The translations under genes and the position numbers were made by a program. The notes below the pieces were generated by a model. It searched no databases. It saw nothing but the letters and a program-made list of their open reading frames with translations, and was not told the origin of the DNA. A stretch of 64,000 bases of DNA from the human T2T-CHM13v2.0 reference genome, Homo sapiens. Position 1 is the first letter of the stretch. Each line of letters opens with the position of its first letter. Positions 1-13,314 of this stretch are shown piece after piece. The stretch lies in NCBI RefSeq assembly GCF_009914755.1, contig NC_060930.1. One strand, written 5' to 3'.

Positions 1-638
1 AAAGTGAAAGACAGAATAAGGAAGTTAGAGAAGAGCATCAAAGAAAGAATAGGAATTAAGATGAAGAACAAAATAAGGTCAAGTGAAGAAATTAGTGACA
101 AATAAGGAGAAAAGAGTTTAAAAGAGCTTAAAAAAACATAAGAACATTGGAAGAAGAGGGTGTTACATAGAAAAGTCATAAGAAAACATTGACTTTCTTA
201 AGTCAATGGACTGGGAAGAATATCACAAATTGAAAATATAAAATTAAAACGTTTCATTCTTAAAATCGCTACACATATGCTATTACATTATTGCTTCCCA
301 GGTTACACACACTGTAATCTCATCATCCCAGCCTTGGGATGCTGTTCTATGTGAATCAACATCAGACACTAGTTCAGGTCAGGTGTAAATGATGTAATTT
401 CACTGAACTACAGCTGTTGATGAACTAATCATTGAGTCTTTACATTGCACAAAATAGAAAAAGAATTGTGTTGTATGAATTCTTTTTAGTGCAGAAATGT
501 AGTATCAGTCCTCTCCTGGAATATCTTTCCTAGACTCTGTTTCATTACCTTTTCCCTTTCCAGTAAATAACCTACACTAATTGTTTATAACCAACTTTTA
601 TAGAATCTAGTTGGCTACCGAAATACTGGAAAATCCCT

Positions 639-997
639 TGTCCTAGTCCATTCAGGTTGCTATAACAAAATATTATAAACTGGGTAACTTGGAAAAAACA
701 GAAATGTATTCCTCACGGTTCTGGAGGCTGAGAAGTCCAAGATCAAAGAGCCAACAGATTCAGTGTCTAGTGAGGGCTACTTTCCTGATGGTGTCTTCTT
801 GCTCTGTCCTCACATGGTGGAAAGGAAGAATGAGCTCATTTGGGCCTCTTTTGAAAGGGCACTGATCCCAATTACAACATCTCCATCCTCAAGACCTAGT
901 CACCTTTCAAAGGTTCCACCTCCTAAAAATTATCACGGTGGCCATTAGGATTTTAACATATGAATTTTGGGATTATATAAGTATTCAGACTATAGCA
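639..997 (-). mobile_element. MaLR solo LTR, MLT1A0-like
   Basis: Runs TGTCCTAGTCCATTCAGGTTGCTATAACAAAA ... TTCAGACTATAGCA, matching the reverse complement of the MLT1A0 consensus over ~360 bp (internal CTCACGGTTCTGGAGGCTGAGAAGTCCAAGATCAA). Confidence 0.85.
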
Positions 998-2270
998 GCT
1001 GTATTTCATTCTTTTAATGCATTGTCTTGGCTATCTTAGTATGCCCAGTTCTGAACACATTTTCACCCAAATCATATTTGTGAGCCCCCATGCAATTATC
1101 CCTCACTGACACTAGTATTCTTCCAAGAAAGAGGAGGATGCTATTTTGAATTGACTAAAGTAGATTTGGAAGCCCCTCAACTGGGCTTCCAAATCTACTT
1201 TAGTCAATTCAAAATAGAAATTCAGCCCCCCGACTGGGCTCCTTTTTTTTCCTCTGTTTCTTTATTTTGGATTAAAGCTTTTTTATTGTCTTTTTTAACT
1301 ACACTGGTTTTAGTAGTTATGCATTGTGTTTCTTGGGGTTTTTTCTAAGTATTTAACCATTATTATTAAGTTGTAAACTTGATTTAACAAATTCCAATGT
1401 GGATCAGTATCTCAGCTTTTTTCTTGAATGACACAATGATTTCAGCTCTCTAATGCCTGTCATTATGCCCTCCTGGCATATGTAAATGATATTTGAAAGA
1501 TATATCCTTTAGTGGTTCTTCCACCTAGCAAATCCTACCAGAGGCCTCTCTGAACATGTTTTTATTTGATGTTCGCTATTCAAATGATGAAAGACATAGG
1601 GGTTTTTGCTAACTTTTCCTCAAATTTTAATTACTTTTTATAAGAAAATCTCCAAATGAAAGTTAAGAACCACTAAAACAGAATAATACCTTTAAAAGAA
1701 GACATGAACTTCAAATGTTGGAATATAGCCATTAATTATTTTAGTATTAAAATCTAGTATAAGTTAGCTTGAAATAAAAAAAGAATGTTCAACTCAATAC
1801 CCTTTCAGTATAAGATATTTAATTAGAAATCATGAAATTATTGCAGAAGTCAAAGCAAGTCATGAAAGCTAATATTGGAAATTGTCTTCAACTAAAACGG
1901 GATCAAGAAATGACACTGAAAATTCCCAGTATGTCTAACACCAAACAATATTGAAGAAAGTAACTTAGGTTTGAATACAAGTCCATGGTATGTAATTTCA
2001 ATGAGTACAGTTTCTATGTGTGTCTCCACAGTTAAAGCACAAGGATTTTTTTTTCTTTCTTTCTGAGACCTATCTCAAGTTTTTGGGGTTCACACTGCTT
2101 CTAGTCATCCACCTTGAATGCCCAATCTTGAAATGGTTTTAATTGCATCGAAAATGGGGGATACAACAGTTTCAAGTGGCAAATACTGTATACTAAATAC
2201 TATAAATACTATATACTATAAAATGAGCTATTTATTTAAATTTTATAACAAGTACATTTTAACTGCCTTC

Positions 2271-4064
2271 GTTTTTTATTTTTTTAATAATACTTTAAGT
2301 TCTGGGATACATGTGCCAAACATGCAGGTTTGTTACATAGGTATATGTATGCCATGGTGGTTTGCTACACCCATCGACCTGTTATCTACATTAGGTATTT
2401 CTCCTAATGCTATCCCTCCCCTAGCCCCCCACCCCCTGACAGGCCCTTTTGTGAGATGTTCCCCTCCCTGTGTCCATGTTTTCTCATTGTTCATCTCCCA
2501 CTTATGACAGAGAACAAGCAGTGTTTGGTTTTCTGTTTCTGTGTTAGTTTGCTGAGAATGATGGTTTACAGTTTCATCCATGTCCCTGCAAAGGACATGA
2601 ACTCATCCGTTTTTATGGCTGCATAGTATTCCATGGCGTATATGTGCCATATTTTCTTTATCCAGTCTATCATTGATGAGCATTTGGATTGGTTCCAAGC
2701 CTTTGCTATTGTGAACAGTGCTGCAATAAACATACGAGTGTATGTGTCTTTATAGTAGAATGGTTTATAATCCTTTGGGTATATACCCAGCAATGGGATT
2801 GCTGGGTCAAATGGTATTTCTGATTCTAGATCTTTGAGGAATCGCCACACTGTCCTCCATAATGGTTGAACTAATTTACACTCCCATCAACAGTGTAAAA
2901 GCGTTCCTATTTCCACATCTTCTCCAGCATCTGTTGTTTCCTGACTTTTTAATGATTGCCATTCTAACTGGCATGAGATAGTATCTCATTGTGGTTTTGA
3001 TTTGCATTTCTCTTATGACCAGTGATGATGAGCTTTTCTCCATATGTTTGTTGGCCACATAAATGTTTTATTTTGAGAAGTATCTGTTCATATTTTTCAT
3101 CCACTTTTTGATGAGGTTGTTTGTTTTTTTCTTGTAAATTTGTTTAATTTCCTTGTGGCTTCTGGATATCAGCCCTTTGTCAGATGGATAGATTGCAAAA
3201 ATTTTCTCCCATTCTGTAGGCTGCCTGTCCACTCTAATGATAGTTTATTTTGCTGTGCAGAAGCTCTTTAGTTTAATTAGATCCGATTTGTCTATTTTGG
3301 CTTTTGTTGCCATTGCTTTTGGAGTTTTAGTCATAAAGTCTTTCCCCATGCCTGTGTCATGAATGGCATTGCCTTGGTTTTCTTCTAGGGTTTTTATGGT
3401 TTTAGGTCTTATGTTTAAGTCTTTAATACACCTTGAGTTAATTTTTGTATAAGGAGTAAAGAAGGGGTTCAGTTTCAGTTTTCTGCATATGGCTAGCCAG
3501 TTTTCTAGACACCATTTATTAAATCGGGAATCCTTTCCCCATTGCTTGTTTTTGTCAGGTTTATCAAATATAAGATAGTTATAGATGTGTGGTGTTATTT
3601 CTGAGGGCTCTGTTCTGTTCCATTGGTCTATATATCTGTTTTGGTACCAGTACCATGCTGTTTTGGTTACTGTTGCCTTGTGGTATAATTTGAAGTCAGG
3701 TAGCATGATGCCTCCAGCTTTGTTCTTTTTTCTTAGCATTGTCTTAGCTATGCAGGCTCTTTTTTGGTTCCATATGAAATTTAAAGTAGTTTTTCTAATT
3801 CTGTGAAGAAAGTCAATGGTAGCTTGATGGGATCACATTGAATCTATAAATTACTTTGGGCAGTATGGCCATTTTCATGATATTGATTCTTTCTATCCAT
3901 GAGCATGGAATGTTTTTCCATTTATTTGTGTCCTCTCTTATTTCCTGGAGCAGTGGTTTGTAGCTCTCCCTGAGAAGGTCCTTCACATCCCTTGTAAGTT
4001 GTATTACTAGGTATTTTATTTTCTTTGTAGCAATCGTGAATGGGAGTTCACTCATGATTTGGCT
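2271..4064 (-). mobile_element. L1PA7-like LINE-1, 3' portion (3'UTR plus C-terminal ORF2)
   Basis: Poly-T, then TACTTTAAGTTCTGGGATACATGTG, an L1PA7-type 3'UTR. Minus-strand ORFs give ORF2 peptides [29 protein letters not shown] and WRFLKDLESEIPFDPAIPLLGIYP, interrupted by stops and frameshifts. Confidence 0.93.
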
Positions 4065-4325
4065 GAAGAAGTTGAATCCCTGAACAGACCAATAATAAAT
4101 TCTGACATTGAGGCAGTAATTAATAGCCTACCAACCAAAAAACACCCATGACCAGATGGATTCACAGCCAAATTCTACCAGAGGTACAAAGAAGAGCTGG
4201 TACCATTCCTTCTGAAACTATTCCAAACAATAGAAACATAGGGACTCCTCCCTAACTCACTTTATGTGGCCAGCATCATCCTGATACCAAAACCCGGCAG
4301 AGACACAACAAAAAAAGAAAATTTC
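4065..4325 (+). mobile_element. Inverted 5' segment of the same L1PA (twin-priming inversion), N-terminal part of ORF2 RT region
   Basis: Plus strand reads [26 protein letters not shown]...FYQRYKEELVPFLLKLFQ...[18 protein letters not shown], fused directly to the minus-strand L1 at GGCT|GAAGAAG. Confidence 0.88.
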
Positions 4326-4779
4326 TTTTTTTTTCTTATTATTTTTATTTTAAAGTTTTGGGGGAACAGGTGGTGTTTGGTTGCATGAAAAAGTTCATTC
4401 ATAGTGATTTCTGAGATTTTGATGCGCCCATCACCCAAGCAGTGTACTGTACCCAATATGTGGTCTTTTATCCCTCACCTCCATCCCACCCTTTCCCTGC
4501 AAGTCTCCAAAGTCCACCATATCATTCTTATGCCTTTACATCTTCATAGTTTAGCTCCCTCTTATAAGTGAGATCATAAGATGTTTTGTTTTCCATTGCT
4601 GAATTACTTCATTTAGAATTATGTTCTCCATCTCCATCCAGGTTGTTGCAAATGCCATTATTTTGCTGCTTTTTATGTCCGAGTAGTATTCCATGGTATA
4701 CATATACCTCATTTTCTTTATCCATTCATTGGTTGATGAGCATTTTGGCTGGTTTCATACTTTTGCAATTGTGAATTGC
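4326..4779 (-). mobile_element. 5'-truncated L1PB1-like LINE-1 3' end
   Basis: T-rich tail, then TTTTGGGGGAACAGGTGGTGTTTGGTTGCATG...GTGATTTCTGAGATTTTG, the L1PB1 3'UTR signature. Confidence 0.85.
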
Positions 4780-5324
4780 AGCACAAGGATTTAAATGGGA
4801 CTCTGAGAATTGGTCCTCTTGAATATGCTTTAAATAAATACTCTCTCTACAAACCATCCACTCCATTCTTCCTCCCTTTTTAGTCACCATTTATGCCCTC
4901 TACCCTCGTCCACCAATTCAATTCTTAACCTTTACTGAGGGTTCAGGGTAAATCCTATTTTCTCCAGGAAGCATTTCCTCATCATTGTAACTTCCTGTAT
5001 CTTTTAGAGCACTGATTGTTTACACTGGCCACCACACATTACATTGTTGTCTCAGCTAACTTGTGTATTGTTTTGCCAATTGCACTGTGAAAACATATTT
5101 GGGATTGGGAACCATAGCTTTTACTTCCCTGTAATCCCCATAGCACTTCATATCTCATATTGCAGAAATGATTCTTACTACCTTTCTTAGTTCAGTAGTA
5201 AAAGTTAGGCAGTTTGGAAAGAGTACAGGATGGTACAAGAAATTGAAAGGATGGTTTCTGCCTCATGAACTTAGTAAGGTTCTCTACTACTTCATAAAGT
5301 TACTGATGCTTTATGAAGCGGAAA

Positions 5325-5421
5325 CATATATATATATATATGAACCCTCAATTAGAGAACCTTAGGTGTGTGTATGTATATATACATGTATATATGTATG
5401 GTGTGTGTGTATATATATATA
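5325..5421. repeat. Compound (TA)n/(TG)n microsatellite
   Basis: ATATATATATATATATG ... GTGTGTGTATGTATATATAC ... GTGTGTGTGTATATATATAT. Confidence 0.85.
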
Positions 5422-7691
5422 CCTAAAATAATTGGAGAATAATTTCAACATTATATGCAATACATGAATAAAGGGAAATATGGAAATATAAGCTAGATGG
5501 CTATGTTTCAAAAGGAATTGAAGAGCAACATCTCCATAGAATACAGTAAGTTAAAGAAGGTTGATTACATAGGTTTTCATATGCATTTTTTCTAAATATA
5601 AGTGTCATTTGTGGTATAAAACAAACTCTGTTTTAGTGTTTTTTATTATTTTCTGGAAATATAATGTATTTTCACATTATTTTCTGAGGGGTATAAATTT
5701 CAATACATTGAGCATTTCATTTAAAAGGGACCCTGATGTACTCTATAGAGACATGAAGAATTAGCTACCCAAATGGATGTTAAAATAATAAAAAGAAGCT
5801 TTTAAAATTCCAAATAAGTACCAGAGCTGATTATGCTAAGTAGTGAGTTCATTGTCCATTATAGACTTCTTATCTTCTATTTTCTTCTAGAAGCAGCCTA
5901 ACAGATGTAAGTACTATTCAGCAAAAATCACAACTACTTTTTTTTTTTTTAGTGGAGATTTTGATGCATTACAGCAAGCCTCTTTAAATACAGTGTTTAC
6001 AGATTTTCACCTGGTGACGTTGGTTTCAATAGAGTCCATTAAGATGTCCTCTATAAGCTAATTTAATGCCAAGAAAAATGTAGTTACCTTTGTAAAAACC
6101 ATGTTCTCTTAATTCATCAGAATAAATGTACTGTCGTAGTAAGCCAGGGAAAAAGCTATACATGCATTAATTTCTATGTATGATTTTTTAAGTACAGGCA
6201 ACATGGCATTTATACTTTTTATTTCATTATTAAGAAAAATTTTGTCTCAGCTCAAAAAAGCCGGCAAGTTAAACTCATTAATTATTAGGAATTTGCAGTT
6301 TCCTGCATCTAAATCATACCAAAGGACCAATTTCAACTCTTAACTTGGAAAATTCAGCAACTTATGTTTTTTGACTTATGGTTATCAAAAGCCTGCCTGA
6401 AAATAAAAGGTTCATAATATCCAGGAAAACAGACTATAGGGATTATCAGGAGAACAAGAAAAAAATGCCAAGTGTTGAATTTGGAAAAGTCGTAACAAGT
6501 TAGTCTGTAGCCATAAACAGAAAGTAAAACAGAAAATGCTCCCTCTACAAAAGATTCCCTGTGTGACTGAAATGAAATCCAAGGAAATGTACGAAGACAT
6601 AACTTTGATTTAGCCTTCACCAGGGAAGGTAGAAAATCTCAGGAACCAAAATTAAATAACTTGTGATATCTCTTTCCTAGGACACTCTTTACTGAAAAGC
6701 AGTAGTGTCAGAAATATACCCCTAGTATGAATATATGTATATGTACATATATAAACTTGTGTTTATGTATGTGGGTGTGGACATACATATGTAGGCATGG
6801 CTGTGTGTGTATATACTCAAATATATGTATGTAGTTGTAAATAGGATGCAAACTATAGTAGCCATAAAAAAATTTAGAACTTAAGAAATGTCATCCTAAA
6901 TAAAACATTGGTTTATCTCTCTCATATTCTATATGTAATGCTGGCACCAAAAAATAATTTCTGAGAAGCACAGTTATAATCCATGATGATAACCTCAAAA
7001 AAATGAAAGAATGTATACTTACAACTTTTCTCTATAAATGTAGCACTTAAAATGTAAATAAGCTCTTCTTTATATGTGGAGCAGCCTGTGCTAAATGCTA
7101 CTGATGCTTTATGAAGCAGAAACATACATCCTACTACACTGAAGAGTAATGAGTTTCTTTTATTTAATATTAAATTCATCATCTGCTTCTATATGTCTAT
7201 ATATTTGGCATTATATAAACAATCGATTTTCTTCTAAAAATCGCCTTCATGGTTGTTTTTCTTTGGTGATTCTCAACCCACCATTTTTTTTTCTTCTTCA
7301 AAATGGAGAATTCACATTTTCTTCACTCTTTAACTTTTTTCCTTTGATCATTTTAGTTCCTTTGCTTTGAAACTTCTTTATTTCCTTTAGTAGCCATAGC
7401 CATATTTAGAGCCAAGGACTTCCAGTAACAGTTTATTTTTATGCATATCTAGATAGAAGAGAAAATTTATCTTTCTACTTTGAATAGCGCCCCACTTTTT
7501 GTGGCACTTTCTGTTTGTATAAACACATTACCTACATTGAATACATAATATTTTCTACAGGGTCAGTGATGTCATTGAGTACAGAACCGATTTCAATCCC
7601 TCACTGGTGGTTTCCTCCTTTTTAAAAATCGTATCTTTTTCCAATAGAAAATATCTTTTTACTTCTCATCCCACCGATGCAGTGGTGTTTC

Positions 7692-7724
<33 letters not shown>

Positions 7725-8124
7725 GTGGTAAGATCTTTTTGAGCCTCAAATGTGAAATTAAAATAGATGACCAGTGTGGTTTCTTATAACTCCTGCATTT
7801 TGTGAGTTTCAACGTGGAATCTTAATGCAAACATTTATAACCATCCAAAGTTATTTCCTCTTGTCTTTATGCAGACTTGATTTACTCTCGAAAAACAGTT
7901 ACCTTTTGCCCAGTAGGTTATATTTGAATACTTTTTCAGTGATGTTATTCCTTGCTAAATACCCCCATCAGTTCACAAAATGATAAAGTAAACCTATGAA
8001 CTTAACATTTTCTGTGTTTTTTTTTTGGATCATCTGGATGGACCAGCTGATGCTGTGGCAAATCAAACACACACACGCAAAAACAAATCAATCAGAAGCT
8101 TAAAAGAGTAGTTTCCGAAACAAG

Positions 8125-8872
<748 letters not shown>

Positions 8873-10269
8873 TCCACTTTATTCAACAATACTGTTCCAG
8901 CATCAGAAAAATGTTGTAGGAAGACACTAGCTACAGGCAGTGTGTGGTTAACTATTTCAGGGTCTTCAGTGTTGCCAAAGTATATTCAGCTGCCAATTCC
9001 CAAGCTGTTTTGTGGCTCAGGCATAGCTATGTAATGACTCTGACATGGTACCATCATTTTATCATAACAGGTTACTGATAAACCTCAGTGGCAGCCAGTG
9101 TTCAAGTGTTCACCATAGAAATGTACCAAAACAAAAGTGAGATTTAAAATAAACCTTAATAACCCTCATGCTCAACATACCCATTTTCAAGTCATTTGAT
9201 TCTTTCATAAATTATTTTCTTGGAAAAGGAAATTGGCTCAATGTCAGGTTCTTTGGTGGTTAAAATGAATTATCAGGTACAATAAATGCTTCTTTATTGG
9301 AGGTGCTATTTTTTTCTTTCCTGAATTTTAAATTAATGAGATTTACAATATTAAGTTTATAAAATGCTAGGTTAATGAATTATAATGAGAAATAAGAGTA
9401 TTTCATTGTAACGCTGCCGTTGATACTAAAAAGAACAGCTAAATGAAGAAATTCACATCATAATTCAAATAACTAAGGGAAGCAAAGGTTATAAAAGGAA
9501 TAATTTAATGTGAGAAAAATTGCTTTATGCCTGTCAAAAGACTCTAGAGGAAGATATTATTTGACTTTTAAAGTTAGCTAGTGCATGACTCTATTCAGAG
9601 TAAGTAGATCCTGGTTTTTGTGTTTACCCTAAGCCCAAGAATTTCTATTTAAAAACTGACCAGTACTGAGATAAATTACTCACATGAGATAATCTCTATG
9701 TTGAGTGTCAGCTCATGAGTTGTTCAACTCTATTTTCATACCCCTTCACCCTACCACCTCCCTAGACCAGGTACCTGGTCGCACTTGATAGTCCGGAGCT
9801 TTCCCAAGGTAGCGCTTTACCGGGGCTGCCCTTTTAGCTGGTCCAGTGCTGCTAATCTCAGCTCACCCATTTTCCTCTCCTGCTTTCAATGTTCATCTAG
9901 CCTGGCAGCAGTCCCATAAGGACTTGTCCCCTCATGCACTTAAATGCCAATAAATGCTTGTGTGACTCACTGATATTCAGACTGGTTGGTTCCTTAGTAC
10001 CCTGTTAGTACAAAAAGTAACTGCTGATACAGGAATTTCAGGCATTCTGCTCTCAGTGAGAGATGTTATTGTGGGTGTATAGTCATTGTTTCTCAAATAA
10101 AGACATGTATCTGTTGGGTAAAGTTGCATTTTATGTGAGGAATGGTTTATGTTTATTCTTACATTATTAATGCAATGGAATTATTTATATACATAAACTT
10201 ATATATAGAAAATGCAGAAAAGGAGATAACTATAGCAACCATTTTTTACTATTATGTGGCATTCACCTC

Positions 10270-10432
10270 TCCAAGTACTTTATATATTCCCTAAATTAAT
10301 CCTCCCAAAACCTGTTTATGGATTTTCACCTTTGTTTGACAAATGGAGAGATAGGTTTTTAAAGTTATGTAAATTGTACAAGCTTACCCAACCAGTAAGT
10401 GGGAAATACACTTGGAACACAGATCTGTCTGT
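10270..10432 (-). mobile_element. MIR SINE fragment
   Basis: Degenerate MIR core: TTTGACAAATGGAGAGATAGG...CTTACCCAACCAGTAAGTGG...GAACACAGATCTGTCTG. Confidence 0.55.
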
Positions 10433-10977
10433 TGTCTTAACCACAACTAGTGTATCCTGACTAAAATACATATTTTTGCTTCAACTCTCAATATAAAGTG
10501 AATAAGTAAGAATATTTTTCTATTTTGAAGGTAATTTAGAAGTCACCTTATCTAAAGCAATTATTTTAATAAGACCTATAGAAATTAAATGCTCTTACTT
10601 CAAGATAGTCTAATTGCTGAACAGCATAGCACACACTAGAACTAGAGTCTGTATTCTTGTCTGCCACTTCCTACACTGTAGCCTAGATAATTCACTGAAT
10701 ATTCCATTTAGAAAAAAAATCTCTTACAAAACTTGTCATTTCAGCATCTTAGATGCAAGCATAGCATCTTGGAAAACTTGGAAAAATTCTAAGATTAATA
10801 GCAATATACTAATTGACAATATTATATTGGTAAGTTTACTCTGAATTCAAAAGTCTCTAATAACTGATATATAAGGTTAAATATGACAGTTCATGGGAAT
10901 TGTCACTGAAATCAGCTTTTCAAGAAGAGCACAGGAAAGAACAAACAAAGAAAAAAATTGCAATCTTATATGATATA

Positions 10978-11460
10978 CAATGACATGTATAGAACCATAA
11001 GTCATTTTGTTAAGTGAAATAAGCCAGGCACAGAAAGACAAACTTCACATGTTCTCATTTATTTGTGGAAGCTAAAAATTAAAACAATTGAACTCATGAA
11101 GGTAGAGAGTAGAATGATGATTACTAGAAGCTGGGAGAGCTGGGAGAGGTGGTGGTGGGCGCCAGGAGGAAGTGGGGTGGTTAATGGGTATAAAAATATA
11201 ATTGGATAGAATGAATAAGATCTAGCATTTAATCGCAAAACAGGATGACTATTGTCAATAATAATTTAATTGCACATTTAAAAAATAACTAAAAATATAG
11301 TTGAATCATTTGTAACACAAAAGATAAATGTTTGAGGTGATGGATACCCCATCTACCCTAATGAGATTATTACACATGGTATGCCTATATCATAATATTT
11401 TGTGTAACCCATAAATATACAAATCTACTATGTACCCACAAAAAATAAAAATCAAAAAAA
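10978..11460 (+). mobile_element. L1MA2-like 3'UTR with poly-A (displaced 3' end of the L1 at 13535-22322)
   Basis: GTTAAGTGAAATAAGCCAGGCACAGAAAGACAAA ... CTACTATGTACCCACAAAAAATAAAAA matches the L1MA1-3 3' end. Confidence 0.88.
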
Positions 11461-11504
11461 GAGAAAGATATGAACAAGAATTCCTAGATAGAGTTAAGAG
11501 TAAT

Positions 11505-12367
<863 letters not shown>

Positions 12368-12764
12368 TCTGGGAGGAACTTTGTTAACTGATGTCATGGG
12401 GGAAGATAGGCTGTGGAATTTCTGAAATTAAGAAATTTAGAAATTAGTGTATTTTAGTTATGACCAAGTTCAAGTGCTCCATTTTAAGATAAGAAAATAA
12501 AAGCACAGGGCAGCTGAGATTTGCCTATATGAAGCTAGTAAGAAGCAGGGTTGGGACTAGAAGCTAAATCCTAACTGAATTACATACATTGTCTCAAAGG
12601 GTCACAGACATGGCTCAGGATGGAGTATATCTTAGCTGTAAGAAGACCAGAAATTAATATTGATGAGTTTAGAATCATAAATCCTAAGATGAGCAATCAT
12701 TAACAAAATGATGGGGGAAAATGGAATTGTCTAACATTATACTTTGATCTTAACTTTGGCACTT

Positions 12765-12916
12765 TTTAAAAATATAATATCTTTAGTTAGAGTATGTTCC
12801 ACAGGAAGATTTCAAGTGGTTAAACCGACCTGTTCCTTCATTTAAAAATATAATATCTTTAGTTAGAGTACGTTCCACAGGAAGATTTCAAGTGGTTAAA
12901 CCGACCTGTTCCTTCA
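12765..12916. repeat. Two-copy 76-bp tandem duplication
   Basis: 12765-12840 and 12841-12916 are identical except AGTATGTT versus AGTACGTT. Confidence 0.97.
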
Positions 12917-13063
12917 TTTTCTTTTTGGAGGTTAATTTAGAATAGTCTCAAAAATTGGTTTGGGGACCTACAATGGTCCTCTGTGATTTGCATAATAAAA
13001 GTATATCTGTCTTTTGTGTACAGTTGTATATGAGTGTATGTGCGTAGGAAGGGCTTCATGCAT

Positions 13064-13314
13064 GGCCATTTAGTTTAGTTGGTTAAGGCTTGAAGCTAAT
13101 TAAGTTGAAAGCATGAGGTCTTCCCTATATGGACTTGTACCTTGGCCCTAACAGGTGCAGAATACATCCCACACCCTGACCAGCTGTCTTGCAAATTCAT
13201 GTTTTTGGTTATAAGGTCAAGGCCACACAAGCCTATCGCTGAGGATGAAAAAGATTGCTCAAAGCATATACCATATTGATAGTATGTCAGCTGCATCCTT
13301 TTAATACATGGGCA
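13064..13314 (+). mobile_element. MamSINE1-like ancient tRNA-Ile-derived SINE
   Basis: Head GGCCATTTAGTTTAGTTGGTTAAGGCTTGAAGCTAAT aligns to tRNA-Ile(AAT) GGCCGGTTAGCTCAGTTGGTTAGAGCGTGGTGCTAAT. Body CCCTGACCAGCTGTCTTGCAAAT...CTCAAAGCATATACCATATTGATAG matches the recalled MamSINE1 body. Confidence 0.75.

Noticed and set aside
1-190. Purine-rich stretch that could encode a Lys/Glu-rich coiled coil
   Set aside because: Low-complexity sequence with frequent stop codons and no ORF called.
2333-4055. ORFs with clear reverse-transcriptase/ORF2 similarity
   Set aside because: They are fragments of a truncated, frameshifted L1PA7 lacking the catalytic FADD motif, not a functional gene.
7561-7727. Possible exon (TTTTCTACAG acceptor, GTG|GTAAGA donor) or C/D snoRNA-like hairpin CAGTGA...TCACTG
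   Set aside because: The C-box is imperfect and there is no D-box. The putative exon spans a poly-T tract and gives no recognisable peptide.
12765-12916. Direct repeat as a possible CRISPR-like array
   Set aside because: Only two abutting copies with no spacers, in eukaryotic DNA.
13064-13135. tRNA-Ile gene
   Set aside because: The B-box (GTTCGA) and stems are degenerate, and the sequence continues into a SINE body.
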